Shown here: one piece after another, positions 11,622 to 21,024 of the stretch
Layout: every line of letters starts with the position of its first letter
How positions within the stretch are numbered: position 1 is the first letter of the stretch
NCBI GenBank assembly: GCA_044892525.1
Contig: CM097885.1
Location: 2,916,001 to 2,980,000 of the forward strand
Reading direction: 5' to 3'
Origin: Schmidtea polychroa
Lineage: Eukaryota
DNA length: 64,000 bases
Notes under the pieces: generated by a model
What the model was told of the DNA's origin: nothing
Seen by the model: only the letters and a program-made list of their open reading frames with translations
Database searches by the model: none
Translations under genes and position numbers: made by a program

Positions 11622-12010
11622 CATTGTCACTTATATTTTTCATATTACTGTCAGATATATAATTATAAAGTAAGTACCCAAAATAATTAAATATAAAAAT
11701 ATCAAATACAAATTGTTTGTTTATTTCGATATTCAAACTAACTATCGAAATGGGATTCATGATAAATTAATGTTTAAAATAGAAAAATAATAATATTAAT
11801 ACTAAGTTTTTGATAATAAATTAAAAGCGAAACGATGAGAATCAAATAGAGAAAATAAGGAACTTTGTCCAAAATAAATTTGTCGATATTAGAACAAATT
11901 CAATAATATTTACATTAAACTCATCACATGTAAATGGACAAAGTTCGTTATTTTCTCTATTTGATTCTCAACGTTTCACTTTTAATTTATTATCAAAAAC
12001 TTAGTATTAT
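11228..12010. repeat. Compound inverted-repeat region upstream of Polinton A pPolB
   Basis: ~11228-11445 is inverted at ~11546-11790. The loop (~11447-11548) is inverted again at ~11798-11900 and partly repeated directly at ~11935-12010. Confidence 0.85.
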
Positions 12011-12015
12011 TAATA

Positions 12016-12077
<62 letters not shown>

Positions 12078-12199
12078 AATATAAAATACGGTTTCAATGT
12101 ATGTATGAGAATATTGATTGTTGAAAATTTAAATTGTTTCAATAAAATGGAGATTATTAAATTAAATTTTGACTTGTTGGATTGAAACTATATAATAAC

Positions 12200-12223
12200 T
12201 ATATTATTATTATTATTATTATG

Positions 12224-12309
<86 letters not shown>

Positions 12310-12337
12310 GATTATTATTATTATTATGATTATTATG

Positions 12338-12426
<89 letters not shown>

Positions 12427-12455
12427 GATTTTTATTATTATTATTATTATTATGA
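12200..12455. repeat. (ATT)n microsatellite
   Basis: Near-pure ATT run. Similar runs at ~5783-5845, ~13345-13420, ~21990-22050 and ~59320-59380. Confidence 0.95.
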
Positions 12456-12667
12456 TCAGAAGACAATAGTTGCATGCTGACTGCAAACTATATGACGATA
12501 GAAAAAAAAATTAGCATAAGTATGTATATACTGTATATTTTATATACATACTTATATACATCATATACTGACATTATAGTATTAATATTTATTTATATAC
12601 ATTTAAAGCTTATAAAATAGACTTAAAAATAAACTTTATAAAAAATATACTTAAAAATAAATTAATA

Positions 12668-13078
12668 CTAACAAGTCTCCTCCAAATCTGTTTCCTCCCC
12701 AATAGAAACGGGGGCATTAATTTTTCTTTCCTCCTCAATAGAAACGGTGGCATCATTTTCTGTATCAATAATAATTTATTAAATAATTTAATAAATAAAT
12801 AAATAAATTTACCTAAAACATCGTCCTCAATAATAATAATTGAAGCATCGTCATCATCTTCAATTGTTATTGGTTCTAAGACAATAATAATATTAATAAC
12901 TCAAATTTAAAAAATTCACCGAAAATATGTTCCAAATCCAACAGTTCTTCATTTTCAGACACATCATACCAATCTAAATTATCTGAAAATAAATAATTAG
13001 AAATATTAATAATAATAATAATAAATTACCATTGCTGTTCGTTAAGAGAGCACGTAAAATATTACTGGAATTGTTCAT
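12668..13078 (-). CDS. Predicted 4-exon acidic microprotein (~88 aa), function unknown
   Basis: Exons 13078-13030, 12982-12920, 12875-12813 and 12759-12668 join through three phase-1 GT-AG introns (47, 44, 53 nt) into one open frame MNNSSNILRALL...DLEETC*. Confidence 0.6.
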
Positions 13079-13342
13079 CGAATTTTTGGATTTTGATTTT
13101 TCAGAGACAACTTTACGAACTTATATAAATAATAAGTTTATATAAACCTGTAAAATTGACATTTTAAACAAATATTTATTCTAATTACTTGCGAATCCGG
13201 TCAGTCTTAGAATAAAGTACAATTAAATTTATTATTATTATTACCATTACAATTACTATTAATCATGTACGGATCATGCACCGTGCATGACTGAATTTTT
13301 TAATATTCTAATAATATAAAACATATTTAAAAATAATAAAAC

Positions 13343-13423
<81 letters not shown>

Positions 13424-13473
13424 CATAATAATAATTATAAAATAATAAAAACACATTTTTATAAAAACATTTA

Positions 13474-13853
13474 TTATTTAATAGACATAAGCCATCCTAA
13501 ACAATGTTGTCCGCACGTACGAGTTAAAGGGTGTTGATACATTGTTTTATTATATACAATAGGTTTGCCCATCGTTTGTAGTTTCGAAACCAATAAAGCA
13601 GGATAATAGAAACCCATAGGATCGAATACATGTATCTTATCTGGTTTCATATAGATTGCAATCCAATGCTCTCCGCCGAGATGAGATGAATGGGTATTGA
13701 CGATTATGGCTTGATTATTTTTCAAAAATGGTATTTTATCGAGAGGAAAAACTCCTAAAAATTCATTTCCTAATATTTGTTTTCCAATTCGATTAACCTG
13801 AACAGAACTATTTTAATAAATTAAACAGTATAAAAAAAAACAACTTACTCCAT
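13474..13853 (-). CDS. Adenain-like cysteine maturation protease (2 exons, ~112 aa)
   Basis: GEHWIA (His), VFDPMG (Asp), YQHPLTRTCGQHC (Gln/Cys). ATG GA at 13853-13849 plus a 41-nt GTAAGT...TAG intron (13848-13808) gives MDSVQVNRIGKQILGNEFLGVFPLDK. Confidence 0.88.
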
Positions 13854-13880
13854 GACAACTTTCTGTATTTCTGTATACAT

Positions 13881-15104
13881 TTATACCAGAACGGTTCTAT
13901 TTGCAGTAATTTGAACTTCATTTTCAAATACTCCATATATTATAACATGCACAGGTTCTGTAATAGCTTTTGCAAACTTTATATCTAATCGTAAATTTCC
14001 ATTTTGAGGTAATTGACTCTGATTCAAATCAAAATCTGGGGCCAAAACAAATGTAAAGAATGGATATTTGGATTTGAATTCTTCAAGAGTTATGCCGCAA
14101 TTCAAATTTTTATCTAAATATCCCATATTTCTAACAATACTCTGCATATATGTAGCACAGTAATTGTCACTATCGAAATCTTGAGTATATGTTTCTCGAT
14201 AATCAGTATTTTTCGACAAAGTTAGAGATGTAACACCAAAGGTTTTGAAAATTGAGCTGGAGGCACTATATGAACCATTATATTGTGCTTCACCTTGAAA
14301 TGTTACCAGAATAAAGTTTGGCATTCTTCTATCTCCAAATATTTGTTCCTTATAGAAGGAAGAAGCACCTTTGGCTATTGCAAATGAAACAATTTCTTTT
14401 GTTTTCAGAGGATAGATTGCATGCTTAGAATTAAGACCCAACTGATGACCTGCTAATACCGACGGATCAACTCGAACTCTTCTTACTAGTAATTTTGCAT
14501 CAACTAATTGACATATTGGTTGACCAGCACCACTAGTTAATGATAAAGAAGAATCGGTTCTTTTCAGTCTAATGTGTACATTGACTCCTGGAAGTAAATA
14601 TTTTGGTTGATCCATAAAATCGAGTTGTAATGATGAACACATGGTGAAAATCTTTGAGCCTTTAATCCATTTTTTCCGTTCGTCATCACTTGCTGCATAA
14701 CCCATAGGAGTAAGACATGTATTTTTGGTGTCGGTATTATAATTTAAAATAGTTTCTATTATCGCCTTGTGGATATATGTATTGTTGCCACCTTCAATCT
14801 TGATATTATTAAATCCAAGAATAGCATCTTTAAAAAGTGTATGAAACAAAAAATTATTAGGTATTGTAGCATCAGCATCACCCAAAGCCTTTTTATCTTT
14901 ATCTATAACCTTGATTTGAACAGTCAATAAAGTATCATTCAAATCTAAATATTCTGTTTGAGAACCATTGATGTAAAATTCTACATCATTTCTACTATCG
15001 GTAATTGAATTCATAGGAAAAACTTCCTCAAATGCCCCAAATTCTATTACAGCCTGGGGCGATGGTCTATCAAATATGCATAATTCAGATTTACCACAAA
15101 TCAT
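13881..15104 (-). CDS. Major capsid protein (double jelly-roll), Polinton A
   Basis: 407 aa. KSELCIF...EFYI.G...EYLDLNDTLL start and GNLRLDIKFA...VIIYGVFENEVQI end are typical of Polinton major capsid proteins. Lies next to the protease. Confidence 0.88.
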   Translation of the reverse strand: MICGKSELCIFDRPSPQAVIEFGAFEEVFPMNSITDSRNDVEFYINGSQTEYLDLNDTLLTVQIKVIDKDKKALGDADATIPNNFLFHTLFKDAILGFNNIKIEGGNNTYIHKAIIETILNYNTDTKNTCLTPMGYAASDDERKKWIKGSKIFTMCSSLQLDFMDQPKYLLPGVNVHIRLKRTDSSLSLTSGAGQPICQLVDAKLLVRRVRVDPSVLAGHQLGLNSKHAIYPLKTKEIVSFAIAKGASSFYKEQIFGDRRMPNFILVTFQGEAQYNGSYSASSSIFKTFGVTSLTLSKNTDYRETYTQDFDSDNYCATYMQSIVRNMGYLDKNLNCGITLEEFKSKYPFFTFVLAPDFDLNQSQLPQNGNLRLDIKFAKAITEPVHVIIYGVFENEVQITANRTVLV

Positions 15105-15469
15105 TTTGCAAATATAGTTCCATGTCCTTTCATTCGTTTGTTTATACGTGATATTCCATGTCTTTTACGTTTTGGAGCTGGAGCTGGAGCTGGAGGTTTT
15201 TCTTTTTGAAACATGCCTGCAACCCCGGGTAAAACTTTCCCTAATTCAGCTAAAGCATTTGATTTTAGAGATGGTAATATTTTCTGTTCATTCATAATAA
15301 CATCTTTTGCAGTTTTCATACCAAAACTACCAATACGTTTAAGAATAGGCAATGCAAATCTACCAGTTGTTCTCAACCATCCCGATCCGTACTGTTTACC
15401 AATAAAATATGGTAATTCACCACCAGATTGGCTGTCACTATACATACTAATAATATCAGAATTAGCCAT
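15101..15469 (-). CDS. Small virion core or membrane-active protein (PZ-like)
   Basis: QSGG / QYGSGW motifs followed by an amphipathic basic helix (WLRTTGRFALPILKRIG) and a basic C-terminus. Overlaps the penton and capsid genes. Confidence 0.65.
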   Translation of the reverse strand: MANSDIISMYSDSQSGGELPYFIGKQYGSGWLRTTGRFALPILKRIGSFGMKTAKDVIMNEQKILPSLKSNALAELGKVLPGVAGMFQKEKPPAPAPAPKRKRHGISRINKRMKGHGTIFAK

Positions 15470-16529
15470 CTACTTTACGAAAATGTAATGTCAAATGAGT
15501 TTTTGAACCTTTTGGAAAGTTTATAAGTTTTCCACTATCGTCACGAATATTTATTTCTATATTGTTTATACATGAGCTTGCTATTGGTAAATACATGGGA
15601 TTATCGATATTTATATTGACAACTTCATCATGTTCATATTTTCCAATCCATACCGATTTCAAAAGAGGAACACTGGAATCACCAACAATTATGGGTTCGA
15701 TAATGTTAGTATATATGAACATTTGTTGATGATGTTCTAGTATTCTTGGTTTGCGTATACCAGTCGATTTTTCTCTATATTTTTGCTTATCTAATCCAAG
15801 TGAATTTGCCAAATTTTTATCAAATGTAACTTCGCAAATATCCTCATTCAAACTGAAGGTAAACATCAAATCTTTCACAATTTCCAAATTTTTAAATATG
15901 TGTGAACAATTGAACTTTAAATATTTAAGTAATACATCAAGTTTATCAAAATATAATTCATCAGCAAAGGTGAATGATTCTTCAACTTCATCATTATACG
16001 ACACATATATTTTGATTTCTTCTTTCACTATACTGTTTGCTTCAAATAGATTAAAACGTAATAAATACTCGGTCTCCATAACAATATTTTTCAGCTTATT
16101 GCAACCCATTCGTTTGGCATCTTCAATAGTTTCGAATGTTATTGTAAATGGTTTAAAATCACAACTGATATTTAATCCATCCTTGTAAAATATATAGCAA
16201 TGCGAATCTAATATTTGGTTCGGAATATGATATGTTTTATCATAATTACTAATAATAAAGATACCGCTACATGTTTTCACAATATTCCTTTTGAAATCAA
16301 TCTTACATTGACTATAAAATGGGAATGTGTTGTACACGAATGTAAAATCTTGCAGTGCAACTTCCCAGTCACCATTTAGAGAAATCGGATTCTGGAGATT
16401 GACCATAAATTTACTGGCTTGATTGTCTGGATGAATTAATGGGCAACTATTGCTCGGTAAAATAGTATAAAAATTCACTTTACTAGGTCCTTTGCTGATA
16501 TCCATGACGGGTTTTGATAACCATGCCAT
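15462..16529 (-). CDS. Minor capsid protein (penton)
   Basis: FYTILPSNS...PDN..SKF...L..PISLNGDWEVAL at the N-terminus; YTNIIEP..VGDS.VPLL...IEINIRDDSG.LINF.....LTLHF at the C-terminus. Confidence 0.85.
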   Translation of the reverse strand: MAWLSKPVMDISKGPSKVNFYTILPSNSCPLIHPDNQASKFMVNLQNPISLNGDWEVALQDFTFVYNTFPFYSQCKIDFKRNIVKTCSGIFIISNYDKTYHIPNQILDSHCYIFYKDGLNISCDFKPFTITFETIEDAKRMGCNKLKNIVMETEYLLRFNLFEANSIVKEEIKIYVSYNDEVEESFTFADELYFDKLDVLLKYLKFNCSHIFKNLEIVKDLMFTFSLNEDICEVTFDKNLANSLGLDKQKYREKSTGIRKPRILEHHQQMFIYTNIIEPIIVGDSSVPLLKSVWIGKYEHDEVVNINIDNPMYLPIASSCINNIEINIRDDSGKLINFPKGSKTHLTLHFRKVDG

Positions 16530-17104
16530 TTGACATAGTATTGTTTATCCTTGCCGACCTTTTTAGTTTTCAATATTTTTTGAATTCTAAATACCTTTGG
16601 AGGAGGAATGACTTGTAATTCCTGCTCATAAAATTTCCCTTGTACAATATTATTATCACTGTCTTTGATGACATACATTACAGGATTCTGTTTAGTATTT
16701 ATTTTTGAAATTACAAAGACTTCATCACTCCAATTTGTATCAAAATTTTTAATAAATGGTGATGCACTAATTTTACTAATTCTAACACGATCACCGACTT
16801 TATATTTAGGTTTTGCAATTTTTACAGATTTCTTAGAATAGATTGTTTTTGATGTAATATCAACCGGTCTCAATCCATTCAGTCCTCGATGTGATGAATG
16901 ATTATAACTTGTTATTATTTTCGGTAAAGCATTTACCCATTTTTTATTACCTTGATGCACGAATAATTTCTTTAATCTATCTCTCAGTGTTCGATTAAAT
17001 CTTTCAACATGGGCAGCTTTGTATTGAGAATGTACCGAGTAGTGATTTATTTTCAGTTTATCGAGGATTTGCTTAACTTTGCTATTGTAGAATTCTTTAC
17101 CTAA

Positions 17105-17154
<50 letters not shown>

Positions 17155-17542
17155 CCAAATCTGTTTGCAAGTTATTAGGATGTCCATCTTTAAATAAAAT
17201 ATTAATTGCCTTTGACATTTCATCTGCAGATTTTGCCTTGACTGGTATTGCTCGTGCAAACCTGCTGAATACATTAATACATGTTAAAATATATTTATTC
17301 CCATTGTTAATTTTCGAATACGGTATCATCTCCATCAAATCCATTTGCCATAAATCGTCAATACCAAATGTTTTATAGGCTCTTGTTGGAAATCTTTTCC
17401 GCATTGGTTTGTTCAAACTGTACGCAAGCTGATCTGATAACCACTTCTGGGTTTCTTTTTTCGAATTCGGAACTCTTTTCTTTAATTTTGCCACTCCACC
17501 GAAACCGGCTTCGTCTTCTGGGTTCGTCCAAATCTTCTCCAT
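16475..17542 (-). CDS. Retroviral-like (rve) DDE integrase with C-terminal chromodomain; contains a 54-nt intron
   Basis: WQMDL, LQTDLG|KEFYN, VERFNRTL; chromodomain IQKIL...YYVKWHGY..PSWI. The poly-Ile stretch corresponds to a GT...AG intron at 17154-17101. Confidence 0.92.
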
Positions 17543-17603
17543 TACAGCAAGAAGATTTAAAATTAAAATTTAAATTAGGTAATGAAGGATTAGCACCCAT
17601 TGT

Positions 17604-18137
17604 TTATGATTGATTTCCTACAACTCCACCTAATAATGATAATGCCAGAGGTATCAATGCACCAATAAATCCACCTTGTTGTTTATATATAATTTTCCTC
17701 ATTTGCTTACGATTTTTATTATTTACTAATGATAACAAAGGTTTCCTATGTTTGCTCAATAAATGCTTTTTTGATTTACTGATTTTAATTTTGCCTTTGA
17801 CTACTTTAAGTATAATATTGAGTAAATCATCGACAACAAAATTTGGGAATGATTGCAATATATTCATTCTTTTCATACTCGGGGCCTTTAACAATGCATT
17901 AAAAAATGGAAAACTGCGATGATTTTTAATTACTTTATTACCGGCTTTACGGGTTTTACGGGTTTCACGTTTAGGTTTAGGATTTTTCGAAATAAGATTC
18001 ATTGCAGAGAAATTTTCAGTTACAAGTTTTTTAGATGGTGTATAACTAGTTGTTGGTGGAACCTTTGGAACTTTAATACTCTTTTTAATACTTTTTCTTA
18101 ATTTCCTAATATTTTTCACCCTTGCTTTTAGAAACAT
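17604..18137 (-). CDS. Basic core-like Polinton protein with C-terminal QQGGF plus hydrophobic tail
   Basis: Lys/Arg-rich, 177 aa, ends YKQQGGFIGALIPLALSLLGG. Lies between the ATPase and the integrase. Confidence 0.7.
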   Translation of the reverse strand: MFLKARVKNIRKLRKSIKKSIKVPKVPPTTSYTPSKKLVTENFSAMNLISKNPKPKRETRKTRKAGNKVIKNHRSFPFFNALLKAPSMKRMNILQSFPNFVVDDLLNIILKVVKGKIKISKSKKHLLSKHRKPLLSLVNNKNRKQMRKIIYKQQGGFIGALIPLALSLLGGVVGNQS

Positions 18138-18155
18138 TATTATTCATAGAGGTTT

Positions 18156-18782
18156 TCAACTTTGTTTATAAACCATGGCACCTTTTGGGTTGAAAATATC
18201 TGTTTTTACTCGTAAATCATCGGGACATTGTTGTGTGAAATCAAGAAATATATATCCATGAGGTATTTTTGTAGCATCTTGAAATGCACTGATAAGAAAA
18301 TTACGATTGTTAGGGTATGCTTGACGTGCAAGAAAATCAATCACTGTTGCATCTCTAGGATTCTTAAAAATAACTAAATATTGTACATTTAAATTACGTG
18401 TTCGATGTGCACCACCTTGATGAAATAGATTTTGAGTTATAAAAATAACAGTTACACCAACGTGTCTACTGATTTTAGTAAATAAATTATTGAAATTCTT
18501 TTCTTTATTAGCTTCTTGATACAAGTCATCAATAATTATGACATCCCCCTTCTTTAGTCTACTGGACCAATTTTTATCAAATCCCTCTACTATTTTCATA
18601 TTTTTCAATTTACAGAAACTTGATTGAGTCAATCCGTGTTCTTGATAAGCACCTCGATGCCAATAAATTTTGTTAAATTTTGATTTAAATAAATGTGATT
18701 TTAGTAATTTGCAAACAAACAAAGTTTTGCCGCTACCACTTGGTCCGACTATTTGATATACAGCATCATTTCTTAGTTCCAT
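18156..18782 (-). CDS. A32/FtsK-like genome-packaging ATPase, Polinton A
   Basis: Walker A GPSGSGKT, Walker B IIIDD, FTKISRH, ITQNLF, YLVIFKNPRD. Confidence 0.93.
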   Translation of the reverse strand: MELRNDAVYQIVGPSGSGKTLFVCKLLKSHLFKSKFNKIYWHRGAYQEHGLTQSSFCKLKNMKIVEGFDKNWSSRLKKGDVIIIDDLYQEANKEKNFNNLFTKISRHVGVTVIFITQNLFHQGGAHRTRNLNVQYLVIFKNPRDATVIDFLARQAYPNNRNFLISAFQDATKIPHGYIFLDFTQQCPDDLRVKTDIFNPKGAMVYKQS

Positions 18783-18899
18783 TTTTAATATTTATTTAAA
18801 AATTAATTTTGTTTATATCGTAAAGAATAAATTGATTTCATTACTCTATAATATAATATATATATATAGATATTTGATTTTTATAAATATTCAGTAGAA

Positions 18900-19412
18900 A
18901 TGTTGACAAATATTAATTATAGAGGTCGTGTGTCTTTGGAAACTGTTGGTATGATGAATTTCCCCAAGTGTAAACCACAACAATATGTCGACAAAACTGG
19001 AAAATATACTATTATATTTTTCAAAAATGGTAAATGTCGTATAATGGGTTGTAAGAAGCCTATCGAATTCAAGAATTTGCAATATAATATCAAAGATATT
19101 CAAGTTCAAAGTCTTACTATAGCTACCAAGGTTGAACAATCTATTAATTTGAATAATTTAGCAAAGTTATTAGATGGAGATTGTATATATGAGCCTGAAT
19201 TATTTCCCGCTCTGCGTTATACAAAATATAATCCACTATGTGTAAATATATTTTCGAGTGGTAAAATAGTTGTACTAGGTATTAAAAATTTAGATTTTCA
19301 TACTATTGTTGAAGGAATTATAAATGATGTAAAGAATTTGATTGGATCTTTAACAATTTCTTCAAATATAAGTAATGAGGATTTGCTTGAATATTTATTC
19401 AACAATGATTGA
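18900..19412 (+). CDS. TATA-binding protein (TBP)-like protein encoded inside Polinton A
   Basis: C-terminal repeat IQVQSL...INLNNLA...YEPELFPALRY...VNIFSSGKIVVLG matches TBP YEPELFPGLIY...LIFVSGKVVLTG. N-terminal repeat IIFFKNGKCRIMG matches LIFSSGKMVCTG. Confidence 0.88.
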   Translation: MLTNINYRGRVSLETVGMMNFPKCKPQQYVDKTGKYTIIFFKNGKCRIMGCKKPIEFKNLQYNIKDIQVQSLTIATKVEQSINLNNLAKLLDGDCIYEPELFPALRYTKYNPLCVNIFSSGKIVVLGIKNLDFHTIVEGIINDVKNLIGSLTISSNISNEDLLEYLFNND

Positions 19413-19773
19413 ACATGAAGGTAACTGTTTTTATTTTAAATTTACTGATTTTTGTTTAGAAACTATACTAAAAATTTTGATTGATAAAATTGAAGATTTT
19501 TATCCGAATTTGAACAATTCCTTAATGTATTGTGCTCCAGAAGTTGTGTTTTACAAAATTTATGAAATAACTGGAATAAATGTAATAGATTTAATTCATA
19601 TGGATCATGCTACGATTACATGTTATACCGATGATGTTGAAAATTGTGATTTTTGTAAAAATAATATGCAGAATACTTGTGGGGATGATAGTTGTACATG
19701 TTTTGTAAATCTACAGAAACGAGAAATAATTCATGCATTACTTGTGGAATTGCGAAAAAATGTATTGTTGTAA
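19405..19773 (+). CDS. Cys-rich hypothetical protein overlapping the TBP-like stop codon
   Basis: In-frame ATG at 19405 overlaps the TBP-like 3' end; CDFC...CGDDSCTC. An apparent homologue follows the second TBP-like gene. Confidence 0.65.
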   Translation: MIEHEGNCFYFKFTDFCLETILKILIDKIEDFYPNLNNSLMYCAPEVVFYKIYEITGINVIDLIHMDHATITCYTDDVENCDFCKNNMQNTCGDDSCTCFVNLQKREIIHALLVELRKNVLL

Positions 19774-19975
19774 TAAAATATAATTATATTTGTTTTGTGA
19801 TAACCTTAATTAACCTATAATATTTCTTTGTGTACAATAAATCATTTCAGACTTTGTTATTTAGCATAAAATGAACTAGTTGATCACGTTTTGATCATGC
19901 CTGTCACTTGAAACTTGTTTACAATGAAATTAGTATAAAATATCTGGTTCAAATTATTAAATATTATAACTACAA

Positions 19976-20567
19976 ATGGATAATCAAATTACAGGTTTGT
20001 TGTCGTTTACACATATTCCATTTATTAGTTTTTTAATCTAGGAGTTTTGAAGAGAAAAAATGCAGATGCCGCTCAGGAATTCGGAAAACGGAAATTTAAA
20101 GAAGCGACATTATCCTTGGAAACCTTGGTCAATGTTCGAGTGGATACAAAAAAGCCAGTCGAATTCATGCAATACAAACTAAATTATTTGTATTGTCCAA
20201 TTTCCTATACATTTAAGGTAAGTTTCTATAAATTATTTTGGATTTTATTATTATTATTTATTGTTAGGAACCAGTAACTCTGGAAAAATGTTTCTACAAT
20301 GTGAGACTTTCCAAAATCAAGTTTCATGACAAGATGCTATTGGGACAATTATTTCAGAGGATCAATGAAAATATTGAATTTGATGATGAAGATATGTTCA
20401 TTAGAAACGATTTGGATATGATTCCCAATGGTGGTAAGATGAGCAAAATAACCTGCATGGTTACCATATTAATTCAAGGGTATAATGTAAGCAGAGACCG
20501 AATCAAACCAATTTGGAAAATTATAAAAGCCGAAGATAAGTTTGAAGAGGAACATTGTTCATGTTAA
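19976..20567 (+). CDS. Predicted 3-exon protein (~164 aa), possibly an OB-fold ssDNA-binding protein
   Basis: Exons 19976-19994, 20042-20217 and 20268-20567; GT-AG introns of 47 and 50 nt join the two track ORFs in frame. The function is a guess from the C-terminal beta-strand pattern. Confidence 0.65.
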
Positions 20568-20639
20568 ATTTATTTAATACATCTTTATTAGTGTTTTGGT
20601 GTTTTTAAATCATTGAAAATAACTAAAGTTTCAAATTTA

Positions 20640-21024
20640 TTAATCTTCAATACAATCTCTTTTCATTATATTTTCAACAATATGATCAATACAATTAGTA
20701 GAAACAATAGATTCATCTTCTTTAGATTCATTTGGTAATTTATCTGTTGTAGAATTCTCAATACATGACTTAAGTTCTTCACTAGGCAAATCAGTATATT
20801 CATCTTCTTGTTGGGAAATATTTTCAGATTCATATGACATATCATCTTCATTAATTTCATCGTCTGAATACGGCCATTTTAATTTCTCTGGAACATTCGT
20901 AAATTCTCTAATTTTTACATTAGATATTTCCTCTAATTTTTCAATCAAAAAGTTGATTATATATGCTAAATAAAAAAAAAAGAATTAATAAACATAAAAT
21001 TCATATTTTACCTTTTTCCGACAT
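20640..21024 (-). CDS. Predicted 2-exon acidic hypothetical protein
   Basis: ATG TCG GAA AAA G (21024-21012), 46-nt GT-AG intron (21011-20966), then in frame into ORF 20640-20948. Confidence 0.55.

Noticed and set aside
5630..13456. Poly-Ile/Tyr/Leu/Asn ORFs (5630, 5781, 11258, 11475, 11934, 12182-12486, 13274; also 49190 and 59208)
   Set aside because: Translations of (ATT)n microsatellites, with no other coding signal.
17373..17600. 75-aa ORF starting MGANPS overlapping the integrase 5' end
   Set aside because: The position is plausible for a small Polinton gene (possible myristoylation start), but most of it overlaps the integrase in another frame and I cannot support it further.
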